Origin: an uncultured bacterium
GTDB taxonomy: Bacteria; Babelota; Babeliae; Babelales; JACPOV01
Length of the DNA stretch: 64,000 bases
Assembly: GCA_963744715.1 (NCBI GenBank)
Contig: CAVUUR010000009.1
Location: forward strand, 64,001 to 128,000
Direction of reading: 5' to 3'
A program made the translations under genes and the position numbers. Positions 54,498-63,881 of the stretch are shown here, one piece after another. Positions within the stretch are counted from its first letter, which is position 1; every line of letters starts with the position of its first letter. The notes under the pieces were generated by a model. It made no database searches. It saw nothing but the letters and a program-made list of their open reading frames with translations, and was not told the origin of the DNA.

Positions 54498-55142
54498 ATG
54501 AACATGTTAAAGATAATAGTAATGGGGTTACTGGTTGTAGCAGGTATGGAACAAGCTGCTTTTGCTATGCAACCAGGTTCAAATGCTAGTCAATCGAGCC
54601 AAGGCTGGTTTGATTCGGTCAACGTAAAGCCTATAGCTATTACCCTAGGAATAGCGGTTGTAGCCGGATTCGGCCTAAAAATGGCCTATAATTACTGGAA
54701 ATCTAGTTGCCAAGTAGAGAACAAGAACCAGTCAAACGAGTCCAAAATTGAGGCTAATTTGGTTGAATCTAACGTACAAGATCAAGTTAATCCTGCAATA
54801 GTTGAAAAGCAAAAAGAGGCTACCAAAGTTTTGGTGAATCTTGATCGAAATAATCAGATTATAATTAATAGTTATCTGCAGGTTGATGATGTACGTGTTT
54901 TAAGATATATACTGCAAGAGATGCAGGTTAACAATAATGAGCTTGAAATGCTTATTGATGCATTTGCTGAAGCTAAAGGCAATGGGAAACAGACAGCTCT
55001 TAATAATCTCACTGATGCATTAGGTTTAGAACGTATCGAAATTAAGCAAAAACAGCCAGCAAACCGTACTAAGGCACAAATAATGCAAGGTGTAAAACAG
55101 GTTGGGGTAAAAGTTATTAATACAGGATCAAAAATCAAATAA
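54498..55142 (+). CDS. Secreted hypothetical protein, family A member 2
   Basis: GGAG SD; signal AFA/MQ; TM; KQTALNNLTDALGL. Confidence 0.75.
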   Translation: MNMLKIIVMGLLVVAGMEQAAFAMQPGSNASQSSQGWFDSVNVKPIAITLGIAVVAGFGLKMAYNYWKSSCQVENKNQSNESKIEANLVESNVQDQVNPAIVEKQKEATKVLVNLDRNNQIIINSYLQVDDVRVLRYILQEMQVNNNELEMLIDAFAEAKGNGKQTALNNLTDALGLERIEIKQKQPANRTKAQIMQGVKQVGVKVINTGSKIK

Positions 55143-55151
55143 ATTTTCTAA

Positions 55152-55179
55152 TTGACAATTAATATGGGTCTGGTATTCT
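55152..55179 (+). promoter_or_regulatory. Sigma70-like promoter
   Basis: TTGACA-N16-TATTCT with extended TG. Confidence 0.6.
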
Positions 55180-55227
55180 ATATACAAGATTAATTTAGGT
55201 TTTTATCTATTAAATGGAGTGAATTAT

Positions 55228-56373
55228 ATGAAAATGTTAAAAACAATAATAATCGGGTTAAGTTTGGCGGTTGCAATAGTACCACAAGCGCAAGCCATGA
55301 GTTACTTACACGATGTTAGATCTACTGTGAAAGATATTTATTCTATCATAAGTATAGGTCTTCAATTGGCTTATAATAAAGCACAGGCTTTCCAAGAAAT
55401 AGAAAATTTTGACATGATATTAGAAGAAGGTGATGTGAGTTTGGCATCTTTATCGGAAGGATCATGCGAAAAGCTTAATGCTGAAGATAAGGCTAGAGAG
55501 CAAGAGATGTTGGTAGCTAAACAAAAAGAGCAAGAGATGTTGGTAGCTAAACAAAAAGAGCAAGAGATGTTGGTAGCTAAACAAAAAAAAGAAGAAGCAT
55601 TATCAACAATAGTACAATATATTCAAAGTGATTTGAATTGTGGATGTACATCTTTTATTAAAAATTATCAACAATCAGTTAGTGAGGTTTTTGATAAGCT
55701 TAATGACCCACAAATTAAAGAAGAGCTTTTAGCAAAGATTAATGAAGTTTATAAAAAGCTTAACGCATATTATGCATCATTTTCTTTAACTGCTAACGCG
55801 CAAGAAAAGTTTTTTGAAAAGTTAAATCAATCAGTTGCTGATTTTAATAAAGTAATGCGTACGTTGAATGGAGATTTTGTAGTTACTGCATATCGCATTG
55901 ATAAAACAAAGCTTGTTGGAGCGTTAGTTAAAGATTTGCATAAGGTAATAAATGGTCAATTATCTGAACAAAATAGGATTGTACAATCTTTTGATGATAA
56001 TGCATCTGCACAAAACCTTGTTAAGAATATTTACACATACGTTGGTAGTAAAAACTTTGTTCTCGCGCAGCAGGGCATTGATAGATTATGCGAACAATTA
56101 AAGATTAAAAAAATAGTTGATGTATTTGGCGACTTAGTAGAGCAGAGAACGGTTTATGCTACATATCAAACAACAAATGTAATGTCTGAAAAAACTAGAA
56201 ATGTTATTACTGCTGATGCTCTAGCAAAAAAAGTTGTTGCACCTGAAGTGAAGAATTCTAATGCAGAGATATCAGCGCACGTTGAGGATGCTGAAGAGGT
56301 TAAACCTGCAACGATTGGATATTTCATGTCTAAATATCTAGCGCCATGCGTGTGTCACAAGAATAACCAATAA
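55228..56373 (+). CDS. Secreted hypothetical protein, family A member 3, with an internal repeat
   Basis: Signal PQAQA/MS nearly identical to that of 56401. Confidence 0.78.
   Translation: MKMLKTIIIGLSLAVAIVPQAQAMSYLHDVRSTVKDIYSIISIGLQLAYNKAQAFQEIENFDMILEEGDVSLASLSEGSCEKLNAEDKAREQEMLVAKQKEQEMLVAKQKEQEMLVAKQKKEEALSTIVQYIQSDLNCGCTSFIKNYQQSVSEVFDKLNDPQIKEELLAKINEVYKKLNAYYASFSLTANAQEKFFEKLNQSVADFNKVMRTLNGDFVVTAYRIDKTKLVGALVKDLHKVINGQLSEQNRIVQSFDDNASAQNLVKNIYTYVGSKNFVLAQQGIDRLCEQLKIKKIVDVFGDLVEQRTVYATYQTTNVMSEKTRNVITADALAKKVVAPEVKNSNAEISAHVEDAEEVKPATIGYFMSKYLAPCVCHKNNQ
55497..55587 (+). repeat. 30-bp tandem repeat x3 (EQEMLVAKQK)
   Basis: Unit AGAGCAAGAGATGTTGGTAGCTAAACAAAA. Confidence 0.95.
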
Positions 56374-56400
56374 TTTCAAAATACAAATGGAGTGAATTAT

Positions 56401-57051
56401 ATGAAAATGTTAAAAACAATAATAGCTGGATTAAGTTTAGCGGTTGCGGTAGCACCACAAGCGCAGGCAATGAATCTTGATAGTTTCAAAAACTTTGGTC
56501 AATCAATTGTTGATCAAGCCTATGTAAATCCTGCGTTGGCAACAATTACTGCAGTAAGTATTCTTGCGGCTACAGGATTAGTATTAAAAGGCGGTTATGA
56601 TAAGTATCAACAATATCAATTTGCACAAACCGAAGAAGGAAAACTAATACAAGATGCAGCGGCAAAAGGAGAAATAGTTGCATTATTGAATGATTGGGTT
56701 AACAACGATAATGAAAAGAATTATTCCAAAATTTTTGAGTTTGTGAAAAACCTTAATTTATTGAAAAATAAACAACCGGCTTTTAGCGCGATAAATGACA
56801 TTAAAAGAGATTTAAAATTCTATAATCAAGAATTAAACGTTAATAATCAAGAATTAAACGCTAATAATCATGGTGTATTATATGCTAACGTTAATGCTTT
56901 CTGTGGTTTAGTAGGGCTGGATAAGACACAAGTGTTTGTTAAAGATAGACATACTAAGGCTCAGCTGCAAGAACGAGTAGTTGCACAAGTTAATACAATG
57001 GCTGAAAACAGTAGTAGAGTTATTTCTACTAATATTGCTAAGGTTGACTAG
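56401..57051 (+). CDS. Secreted hypothetical protein, family A member 4; frame stays open past the TAG to 57162
   Basis: Signal PQAQA/MN; TM; 21-bp repeat (NQELN) near 56822-56869. Confidence 0.75.
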   Translation: MKMLKTIIAGLSLAVAVAPQAQAMNLDSFKNFGQSIVDQAYVNPALATITAVSILAATGLVLKGGYDKYQQYQFAQTEEGKLIQDAAAKGEIVALLNDWVNNDNEKNYSKIFEFVKNLNLLKNKQPAFSAINDIKRDLKFYNQELNVNNQELNANNHGVLYANVNAFCGLVGLDKTQVFVKDRHTKAQLQERVVAQVNTMAENSSRVISTNIAKVD

Positions 57052-57189
57052 GTCATTCCTACACAAGATGCTGCTAAAACAGCAGGCCTTAATATATTAA
57101 ATATGGGTCAAGCGATTGGGCAAGCCGGTGTTGGTTATCTAATGTCATGGTTTGGCAAATAATCGATAATTTTAAAAGAAATAGATAAG

Positions 57190-57222
57190 AGAACAGCTTC
57201 CCACAACGTAGGAGGCTGTTCT
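57190..57222 (+). terminator. Stem-loop between array genes, possible terminator
   Basis: AGAACAGCTTCC-N9-GGAGGCTGTTCT, weak T-tract. Confidence 0.5.
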
Positions 57223-57240
57223 TGGTTAGATGGAGGAATT

Positions 57241-57786
57241 ATGAACATAGTAAAAACAATAGTATTTGGATTAGGTTTGATAGGCATAACCGTGCCACAA
57301 GTATATTCCTTGAATACTGATATACTACCACAAGAGTATCGATTTGCTGCTGTTGGTATGGTTATGGTGCCCGGTGTATTATTTGCATGTTATAATTACT
57401 GGAAATCTCGCCAACAAACAAATGTTAGTAATCTTGGAGCGGAGAAAAAAGCAGAAATTAAACAACTACTTCAAGATGATATAGAATTCAAATATGGCAT
57501 TATGTTTAAAAATAAAGATATTATTGGGCAGGAGCTTAAAAAACTTCCTAAAGATTTAATTGAACAAGCTCAATCTCAGCTTGATACTATGTATCTTTGC
57601 CTGTGTCGCTATAGACTCAATGATACATTACGCACTACGGCTGATAACGATCGGCTGTTCGAAAACGTGCAACAGGCAGTAAGTAAATTTTGTACTCTCT
57701 TGAAGTTGAAGCCAATTCAATTGAAACCAATTGCGCGCAAAGATATTTATTCAACAAAAACAAAAAAAATGGATGATGTTGATTAA
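57241..57786 (+). CDS. Secreted hypothetical protein, family A member 5
   Basis: GGAGG SD; MNIVKTI signal; YNYWKS shared with 54498. Confidence 0.72.
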   Translation: MNIVKTIVFGLGLIGITVPQVYSLNTDILPQEYRFAAVGMVMVPGVLFACYNYWKSRQQTNVSNLGAEKKAEIKQLLQDDIEFKYGIMFKNKDIIGQELKKLPKDLIEQAQSQLDTMYLCLCRYRLNDTLRTTADNDRLFENVQQAVSKFCTLLKLKPIQLKPIARKDIYSTKTKKMDDVD

Positions 57787-60500
57787 TGTTCCACTACCGT
57801 AATGGTACTTCCTTTGGGGCCTTTTTCTATTAAAAAATGTACCGGAAACTGCTCTTTCATTGACGTTAAGTGTGAGACAATAATAATTTTCGCAAAATTA
57901 TCCTGTATTTTATGAATGCAATCCATAATATGGGCAATACCTTCTTCATCTTGTGAGCCAAAACCTTCATCAATAATAAGCGTTTGCAATGAGGTGCCTG
58001 CGCGGCGCGCTAATAATTTTGAAATAGCAATACGTAACGCAAAATCAATTCTAAATGCTTCGCCACCGGAAAAAAGCTCATATGGGCGAATTCCCATAGG
58101 GTCTGATATTTTAATATCCAACGTTTCTTTGGTGCCACCTTTTTTTAAATCACGTAACGATTCAATACTGATATGTGCTTGATTATTAGTTAATTGTGCC
58201 AGTAATGCATTAGCTTCTTGCTCAATTTCTGGTAATGCATCTTCAATCAATAATGCCTGAATTCCCTCTTTTCCCAATGCGGTTGCAATCATCTGATAAT
58301 CATCAATGGTTTCTTGGAGTATGGAATATTTTTTTTGGTATTCATGCATTTCTTGTTCGCGTTGCAAAATCATTGCGCGTTGTTGTTCAAGACTTCCTTT
58401 ACGCTGCAGCAATGATTCCTTTTCCTGCACAATAGTGCGTAATTGATTTTTTGTTACGATTTCCTGCTCTAATTGCACGGATAACGGTTTCTTTTGTTCA
58501 TCAAGAACCGTTATTTCATGATTAATAGTTTCACGTTCTTTTTTTACTATTCTGAGGGCGCTACACAAAGTATGAATATCATCTTTGCGGCGTTGTTGTA
58601 GGCTTATATGTTCTTGTAAACGAGAATATTCTTGATACTGTTGTTCAAGGGCAGCCATTTTTTTAACCGCCTGTTGATGCTCCTGTTGTTTATAGGATGT
58701 TGTTTGTAATGCATTGGTAATGCTATCAAGTTCTTGTTTGAGCAGTTGATAAGTTTGATCATGGTGATGCGCCTCTTGCGCCTGTTGTTTGAGATTGTTT
58801 AGTTGCTCAGTTTCTTGTTTAATGAGCATGTCATGCTGCGAAAGTGTAGTTTGTGCATCAGTATATTTTTTTTCAATCTGTTTTTGCGTTTCATTGAGCG
58901 TTGCTATTTGTTGTAGTAAATCGGCATGTTTTGTTTGTAGTGTATTATGTTTTTGTGTATTAGCGCGATGTTGTTCAAGGAGGGCATGATTGGCTACTAA
59001 TTGTTGCTTGAGCGCCGTTAACACTTTGGTTAAACGACTGCGTTTATGCTGATACGATAGTTCAAGTTTGCTAAATTTTGCCTGTAAAAAGCGTTTTCGC
59101 GATGCTGATAAATTTTGTTCGCATAATGAACAGCTTGGATTATTAATATCTTGTGCCAATTGTTTTTTGTATTCTAAATTTTCATATTCAGTTTTGATCA
59201 GATTTGCTTGTGCCACCCAATGATGATAATAGGTTTTTTCTTTTTCAAAGCGCTGTTCAAGGGTGTTGTTTTTCTGTAATAAGGTAGTAAGTTCTGCTAT
59301 GTGCTGTTCATGATCGTGTACTGATTTTTTTGTATCATTATGGTGTGCAATGAGTGCTATTTTTTGTTGTTCCAGCTCTTTACAGGCATTGATAACGACA
59401 CTTTTTTCTATTTCTAACCGCTCAATACAGCGTTGTTTTTTTTGAATATCTATCTGGTATTCATCATTAATAAATTTGAGGCGTTGCTGTTCTAATTCTT
59501 TTTTTAGTAAATATTCTTCTTTAAGTTCCAACGTTTTTTGCAATGTTTGTTGATGATGATCAATGCTTTTACTGAGAAGTTGTTTTTCTGCGTGTAAAGA
59601 ATGTACATCGGTTGTTGTTTTTTTTCGGTTAATTAATCGCCATTCATTAAATAGTACCCGTACTTGTTCTTCTTTAGTTGATTGTTCAGTGATAATTTGA
59701 TTTTTTTTAAATGCTAAAAGTGCCTCTTGATGTTCATATTCCTGATACTGTTTTCTGAGTATGGCAAGGTCATCTAATGTTTTTTTGCAGGCACTATTGT
59801 GCTTTTCAAGAGCAGCTAATTCACGATCAACATCGGCTAATTGTGGAATGATGGTTTGCGCTGCGGCCAATTCATTGGTAATGCGTTGTTGTAGTTGGTT
59901 AATATGCGTAGAATCGGTGGTTGCTTGTTTTGCTTTATCAAGAGCAATTTTTCGTAGAGCTTCATATTGCTGTAAACTCAAAATAGTTGCTAAAACATCT
60001 TTACGTTCTTTGGGTGATTTTTTTGAAAATTCATTGGATTGCCCTTGGCGTAAAAACGCTGAATTGATAAATGAATCGAAGTCGAGGCCGAGCATAGTTT
60101 CTATTTTGTGTTGTGTTGCCCGTATCGTTTTGTCAGTTAATGGGCGTGCTTTGTTATCGTTACTGGTTTCGATGATAGCAAAATCAAGAACAGCGTACGG
60201 TTTGCCATGAGTTTCCGAATATTCACGTTTGATTCGATAAGTTTGGCCATTAAACATAAAATCAAAAATAACCATCATGTGCGTTTGGCCGAGGCGCAAT
60301 AATTGTGAATCTGGTTTTGCGGTGCTTGCTATTTTGCGAGCCTGCCCCCATAATGCCCAGGTTATGGCATCCAAAAGCGCCGATTTTCCATGACCATTTT
60401 TGCCATTTAAACAAATAAGGTTATAAGGCCCAAAATCAATAGTTTGTCCTTGTGGGCCATAGCTGAGAAAGTTTTTAACGTGTAATTTGAGCGGAATCAT
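57783..60500 (-). CDS. sbcC: SbcC/Rad50 SMC-family ATPase
   Basis: GKNGHGKS, CSLC zinc hook, FSGGE, IIDEGFGS. Confidence 0.93.
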   Translation of the reverse strand: MIPLKLHVKNFLSYGPQGQTIDFGPYNLICLNGKNGHGKSALLDAITWALWGQARKIASTAKPDSQLLRLGQTHMMVIFDFMFNGQTYRIKREYSETHGKPYAVLDFAIIETSNDNKARPLTDKTIRATQHKIETMLGLDFDSFINSAFLRQGQSNEFSKKSPKERKDVLATILSLQQYEALRKIALDKAKQATTDSTHINQLQQRITNELAAAQTIIPQLADVDRELAALEKHNSACKKTLDDLAILRKQYQEYEHQEALLAFKKNQIITEQSTKEEQVRVLFNEWRLINRKKTTTDVHSLHAEKQLLSKSIDHHQQTLQKTLELKEEYLLKKELEQQRLKFINDEYQIDIQKKQRCIERLEIEKSVVINACKELEQQKIALIAHHNDTKKSVHDHEQHIAELTTLLQKNNTLEQRFEKEKTYYHHWVAQANLIKTEYENLEYKKQLAQDINNPSCSLCEQNLSASRKRFLQAKFSKLELSYQHKRSRLTKVLTALKQQLVANHALLEQHRANTQKHNTLQTKHADLLQQIATLNETQKQIEKKYTDAQTTLSQHDMLIKQETEQLNNLKQQAQEAHHHDQTYQLLKQELDSITNALQTTSYKQQEHQQAVKKMAALEQQYQEYSRLQEHISLQQRRKDDIHTLCSALRIVKKERETINHEITVLDEQKKPLSVQLEQEIVTKNQLRTIVQEKESLLQRKGSLEQQRAMILQREQEMHEYQKKYSILQETIDDYQMIATALGKEGIQALLIEDALPEIEQEANALLAQLTNNQAHISIESLRDLKKGGTKETLDIKISDPMGIRPYELFSGGEAFRIDFALRIAISKLLARRAGTSLQTLIIDEGFGSQDEEGIAHIMDCIHKIQDNFAKIIIVSHLTSMKEQFPVHFLIEKGPKGSTITVVEH

Positions 60501-60599
60501 AGAAAGTACGTATCACTTTACAGATTTTTCAACATCTAAACCTGTAGATTAGTGTATAAGAACTTAGTACGTTAGACAAATAAGAATTATATTTAAAAA

Positions 60600-61409
60600 C
60601 TATTTGTATGTGCTTTTATAATAACGTTTTAATTTAAGTAAATATAATTTAAATAAATCATGATCAATACTATAGGCTTTGCTACCATTTTCATACGTGA
60701 AATAAGAATAGCCAGGCAGACCATTGTAGGTTACGGATATTGTTTTTTGTTTTATAATGTTTTGTCCCACGGCAGTTTTAATCATTTCAGGATTTAAAGC
60801 GACTGCTGGGTTTTCTCGAAAGTTTTTTATCAACGTACCGAGAAGATTTGCATTATCTAATTTCCTGTTTTCTCTAGACAAATTTGTATCGTTATTAAGG
60901 AATATGTCTTTTTCGGCAACCACTAAATTTGTTACTAAATGAAGAGGTAATAGTTGTTTTTCTGTTTCCGGTAATTGTACCGTTAGTACTGGCTCGGCAC
61001 TGTTTATCGAGTTAGGCTCATTGTCATATGTTTTTAATAGTGCTAAATCATGTTGTGTTGGAAGTCTTAAAACATTGCTATCATCGAGTGGTAAATTTGC
61101 TTCGTATTGTTTTAAAGCTAATTGGGCAATATCATTGAACGGTAAATTTTGCTGTTGTTCATTTTTGACCGTTTTTCGAGAGCTTTTTGAGCCAAATTGA
61201 TACATAAAACCGAACATCCCGCATGCTACAGCTATACCAATACCGGTAGTGGCTACATAGCCGGTATTTATTTTTGATGAAATATTGCCATACAAACCTG
61301 AAAAGGTAGCATGAGTTCGATTTAAGACATCACGCCAATCGGCATGGGCTGATGGTACGCCCATAGTGGCAATCAACAGGTATAGAGATAATTTTTTAAT
61401 AAGCTTCAT
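60600..61409 (-). CDS. Secreted hypothetical protein, family B member 1
   Basis: N-terminal about 70 aa shared with 61576-62514. Confidence 0.75.
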   Translation of the reverse strand: MKLIKKLSLYLLIATMGVPSAHADWRDVLNRTHATFSGLYGNISSKINTGYVATTGIGIAVACGMFGFMYQFGSKSSRKTVKNEQQQNLPFNDIAQLALKQYEANLPLDDSNVLRLPTQHDLALLKTYDNEPNSINSAEPVLTVQLPETEKQLLPLHLVTNLVVAEKDIFLNNDTNLSRENRKLDNANLLGTLIKNFRENPAVALNPEMIKTAVGQNIIKQKTISVTYNGLPGYSYFTYENGSKAYSIDHDLFKLYLLKLKRYYKSTYK

Positions 61410-61452
61410 AGTAACCTTCTTGAATTAATGTTAATGCTGATTTATATACCTA

Positions 61453-61480
61453 ATTATACTATAAAAACTCAATTTGTCAA
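61453..61480 (-). promoter_or_regulatory. Sigma70 consensus promoter
   Basis: TTGACA-N16-TATAAT on the minus strand. Confidence 0.7.
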
Positions 61481-61575
61481 TAATTACTTATGTGTATGAA
61501 TGCAGGTCAAAATGAGGTTTTTAGGTATAAAAACAGATTTTATGGGGGGGGGGAATTGGCTTGCGCTACGGATGT

Positions 61576-62514
61576 TTAGGCTTCGAGTATTTCTTTATCG
61601 GATGTTGTAATGTATTGTAACGTATAATTTTCACTTGCCTGGTTTTTGTAAATACAAGCCAGCAAGTTTCCTTGTCGATTAAATAACGTTGTATTCAAGT
61701 TAAATGTATGTAAAAGAAAATTATCATTTTTTAAGATACGAGTTAATGGTATCTTATTCTGATTTAAATCGATTGCTTCCCCTAATTTAATCTTAGCAAG
61801 ATTGGTAAACGTAATATGGGGTTTGTTAGTAATGTCTTTCCATGCTATTGCTAGATCACCCTTCTTGGATAAACTACATGAAATAATAGCATCATTATTT
61901 GGATTAGTAATGATTGCTTTAAGGGTTTTTTTTGATGTATTTACGCAAATAATGGTATTTGGAGCACTCGAATCGGCATACCAAAGTCCATTGAGCATAG
62001 ATGGTTGTGCATTTTCAATAATATAACCGGAATTACCTACGCAGGGTTTGTTGCCTTTGAGAGTATGAGAATTAATAGGGATTTTTTTACCGTTATAACC
62101 ATATTTTCTTCGTTCTTGTGCTGAAGTTCGCTGTTTTTCCTTAAAAGGTGTTTCTTTGCTCCATTGTAACGCTATATCTTTAAACTCACCGGGACCGTCA
62201 TTGACTGCCGGCATGTAAGAAATAATATGCCGTCGCATGTCTGGCGGCAATTTTTCAAAACGTGAAGCAACTATTTTATCGAAAGGTTTAGGCTTTTTTG
62301 CACCAAATCGATACATAAAACCGAGGGTTGCGGCAGCTATTCCTAGCCCAATACTGGTTACTGCCAAATATTCAGGATTAAATGAAACGTTGCCATACAA
62401 GCCCGAAAACGTTGCATGAGTTTGGTTTGCCCATTCACGCCAATCGGCGTGTGCGGATGGTACGCCAATAGTGGTAATCAACAGGTATAGAGATAATGTT
62501 TTGATAAGCTTCAT
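61576..62514 (-). CDS. Secreted protein, family B member 2, with an F-box-like motif
   Basis: FEKLPPDMRRHIISYM; beta-propeller-like ISCSLSKKGDLAIAW and TTLFNRQGNLLAC. Confidence 0.7.
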   Translation of the reverse strand: MKLIKTLSLYLLITTIGVPSAHADWREWANQTHATFSGLYGNVSFNPEYLAVTSIGLGIAAATLGFMYRFGAKKPKPFDKIVASRFEKLPPDMRRHIISYMPAVNDGPGEFKDIALQWSKETPFKEKQRTSAQERRKYGYNGKKIPINSHTLKGNKPCVGNSGYIIENAQPSMLNGLWYADSSAPNTIICVNTSKKTLKAIITNPNNDAIISCSLSKKGDLAIAWKDITNKPHITFTNLAKIKLGEAIDLNQNKIPLTRILKNDNFLLHTFNLNTTLFNRQGNLLACIYKNQASENYTLQYITTSDKEILEA

Positions 62515-62529
62515 AGTAACCTATTTTAA

Positions 62530-63126
62530 TTAATCTATATCTGGGTGAGTAAAAGTAGGTTTGGCGATTGGTCTAAGGTATTTTTCTTTTAAGGGGTTTA
62601 TGGTTTTTGGTATATTATCCTTCCAGAGGTTTATTGCTTTTGTATTATTATATTGATGATAAGCAATCCCACCGGCAACAATGGTAGCAATATCCCGCCA
62701 TGGAATATCGCGATAGTCATCATTGAGAACCATATAAACAACCGGTAGAAAGGACAAACTAGCGAATACCCCAGTAAAGAATCTACTTTTTCTTGCTTCC
62801 CAGCGGTTTGCTTTGCGTAGATTTTCTAAATCTTGAGAGATAGTTGTTAAAAAATACTCTACTGCTGCACCATTTTGTATTTCACTTTTTGATTTACTAT
62901 TTATTTGTGTAACTTCATGATCTATTTTTTGTGTCAGGTCCACGGTGTTTATTTTTCCAGATAATCCATACTGATACCAACGTGGCATAGTACGGTATAA
63001 ATCTTTTGCCACATCACTTTTCAATTCGGGTTCTTTTTTCAATGAAAGCCACTGCATAGCCTGCACATTATTAGTAGTAAAACCGATGAATGCAAGTGCA
63101 ATTATTGATAATAAAAACTTTTTCAT
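62530..63126 (-). CDS. Secreted membrane protein, family C member 1
   Basis: Signal VQA/MQ; DLY..MPRW and IPW shared with 63321. Confidence 0.75.
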   Translation of the reverse strand: MKKFLLSIIALAFIGFTTNNVQAMQWLSLKKEPELKSDVAKDLYRTMPRWYQYGLSGKINTVDLTQKIDHEVTQINSKSKSEIQNGAAVEYFLTTISQDLENLRKANRWEARKSRFFTGVFASLSFLPVVYMVLNDDYRDIPWRDIATIVAGGIAYHQYNNTKAINLWKDNIPKTINPLKEKYLRPIAKPTFTHPDID

Positions 63127-63167
63127 AGAAAATCCTTAGTATAAAAATAAACTCCACTATATGCACA

Positions 63168-63195
63168 AGGATACCAAAAAACGTCAATTTGTCAA
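63168..63195 (-). promoter_or_regulatory. Sigma70-like promoter
   Basis: TTGACA-N16-TATCCT with extended TG. Confidence 0.6.
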
Positions 63196-63320
63196 TAATT
63201 TTTTATCTAGTAATGGCAGGGGGTCTGGCAAGGCTCAATAAGGGGTTTTTAGGTCGGATAAGGTTAATGGGGGCATATGCGGAACAGGCTTTTTGATGGT
63301 TGCAAGAAGATAGCGGGATA

Positions 63321-63881
63321 TTAGTTTTTTAACAACAATGTTTTTGAATTACGAGCTTTGGATAATGCATCCATCCAGTTATTTATTGATTTCCTCTTGT
63401 TATATTGACGGTAAGCAAAGCCAAAACTAGCAGCGGTGAGGATAACTCTATCCCATGGAATAGTATAGGTATAGATCATCTCAAGAATTGGTATACATCC
63501 AATGACAAGGCCGGATCCTATAGCAATTTTATTTGCACGCGCTTCCGGTTGTGTAGCGTTAATTATAGCACCCAGTTCTTGATGAACCGTTTTTAAATAG
63601 CGTTGTACTTCCACCTTTTTTTGTTGTTCGGTAGTATTTCCTGCAGTGTTTATGGTATTAACTTTCGTTTGTATCGCAGTTTGTATCATAGTTTGTATCT
63701 CTTGAATATCTTCTTCATTTTTAATTGATGGAATAGGGCCGGGCCAACGGGGCATCATACTATACAAATCCATCGTTATGTCGGTTGTAAGTGTCGTTTT
63801 TCCTACTATTTCCATGGCCTGCAGATGAATATTACAACTCACGAATGTAAGAGCAACTATTGATGATAAAAATCTTTTCAT
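63321..63881 (-). CDS. Secreted membrane protein, family C member 2
   Basis: Signal LQA/ME; DLYSMMPRW, IPWD, AYRQYN. Confidence 0.75.
   Translation of the reverse strand: MKRFLSSIVALTFVSCNIHLQAMEIVGKTTLTTDITMDLYSMMPRWPGPIPSIKNEEDIQEIQTMIQTAIQTKVNTINTAGNTTEQQKKVEVQRYLKTVHQELGAIINATQPEARANKIAIGSGLVIGCIPILEMIYTYTIPWDRVILTAASFGFAYRQYNKRKSINNWMDALSKARNSKTLLLKN

Noticed and set aside
55497..55587. Direct repeats as a CRISPR array
   Set aside because: No spacers, in-frame coding repeat, no cas genes.
57049..57051. Alternative genetic code (TAG or TGA reassignment)
   Set aside because: Conserved genes end properly at TAG (rpsP, rplB) and TGA (rpsC, rplE), and Trp is encoded by TGG.
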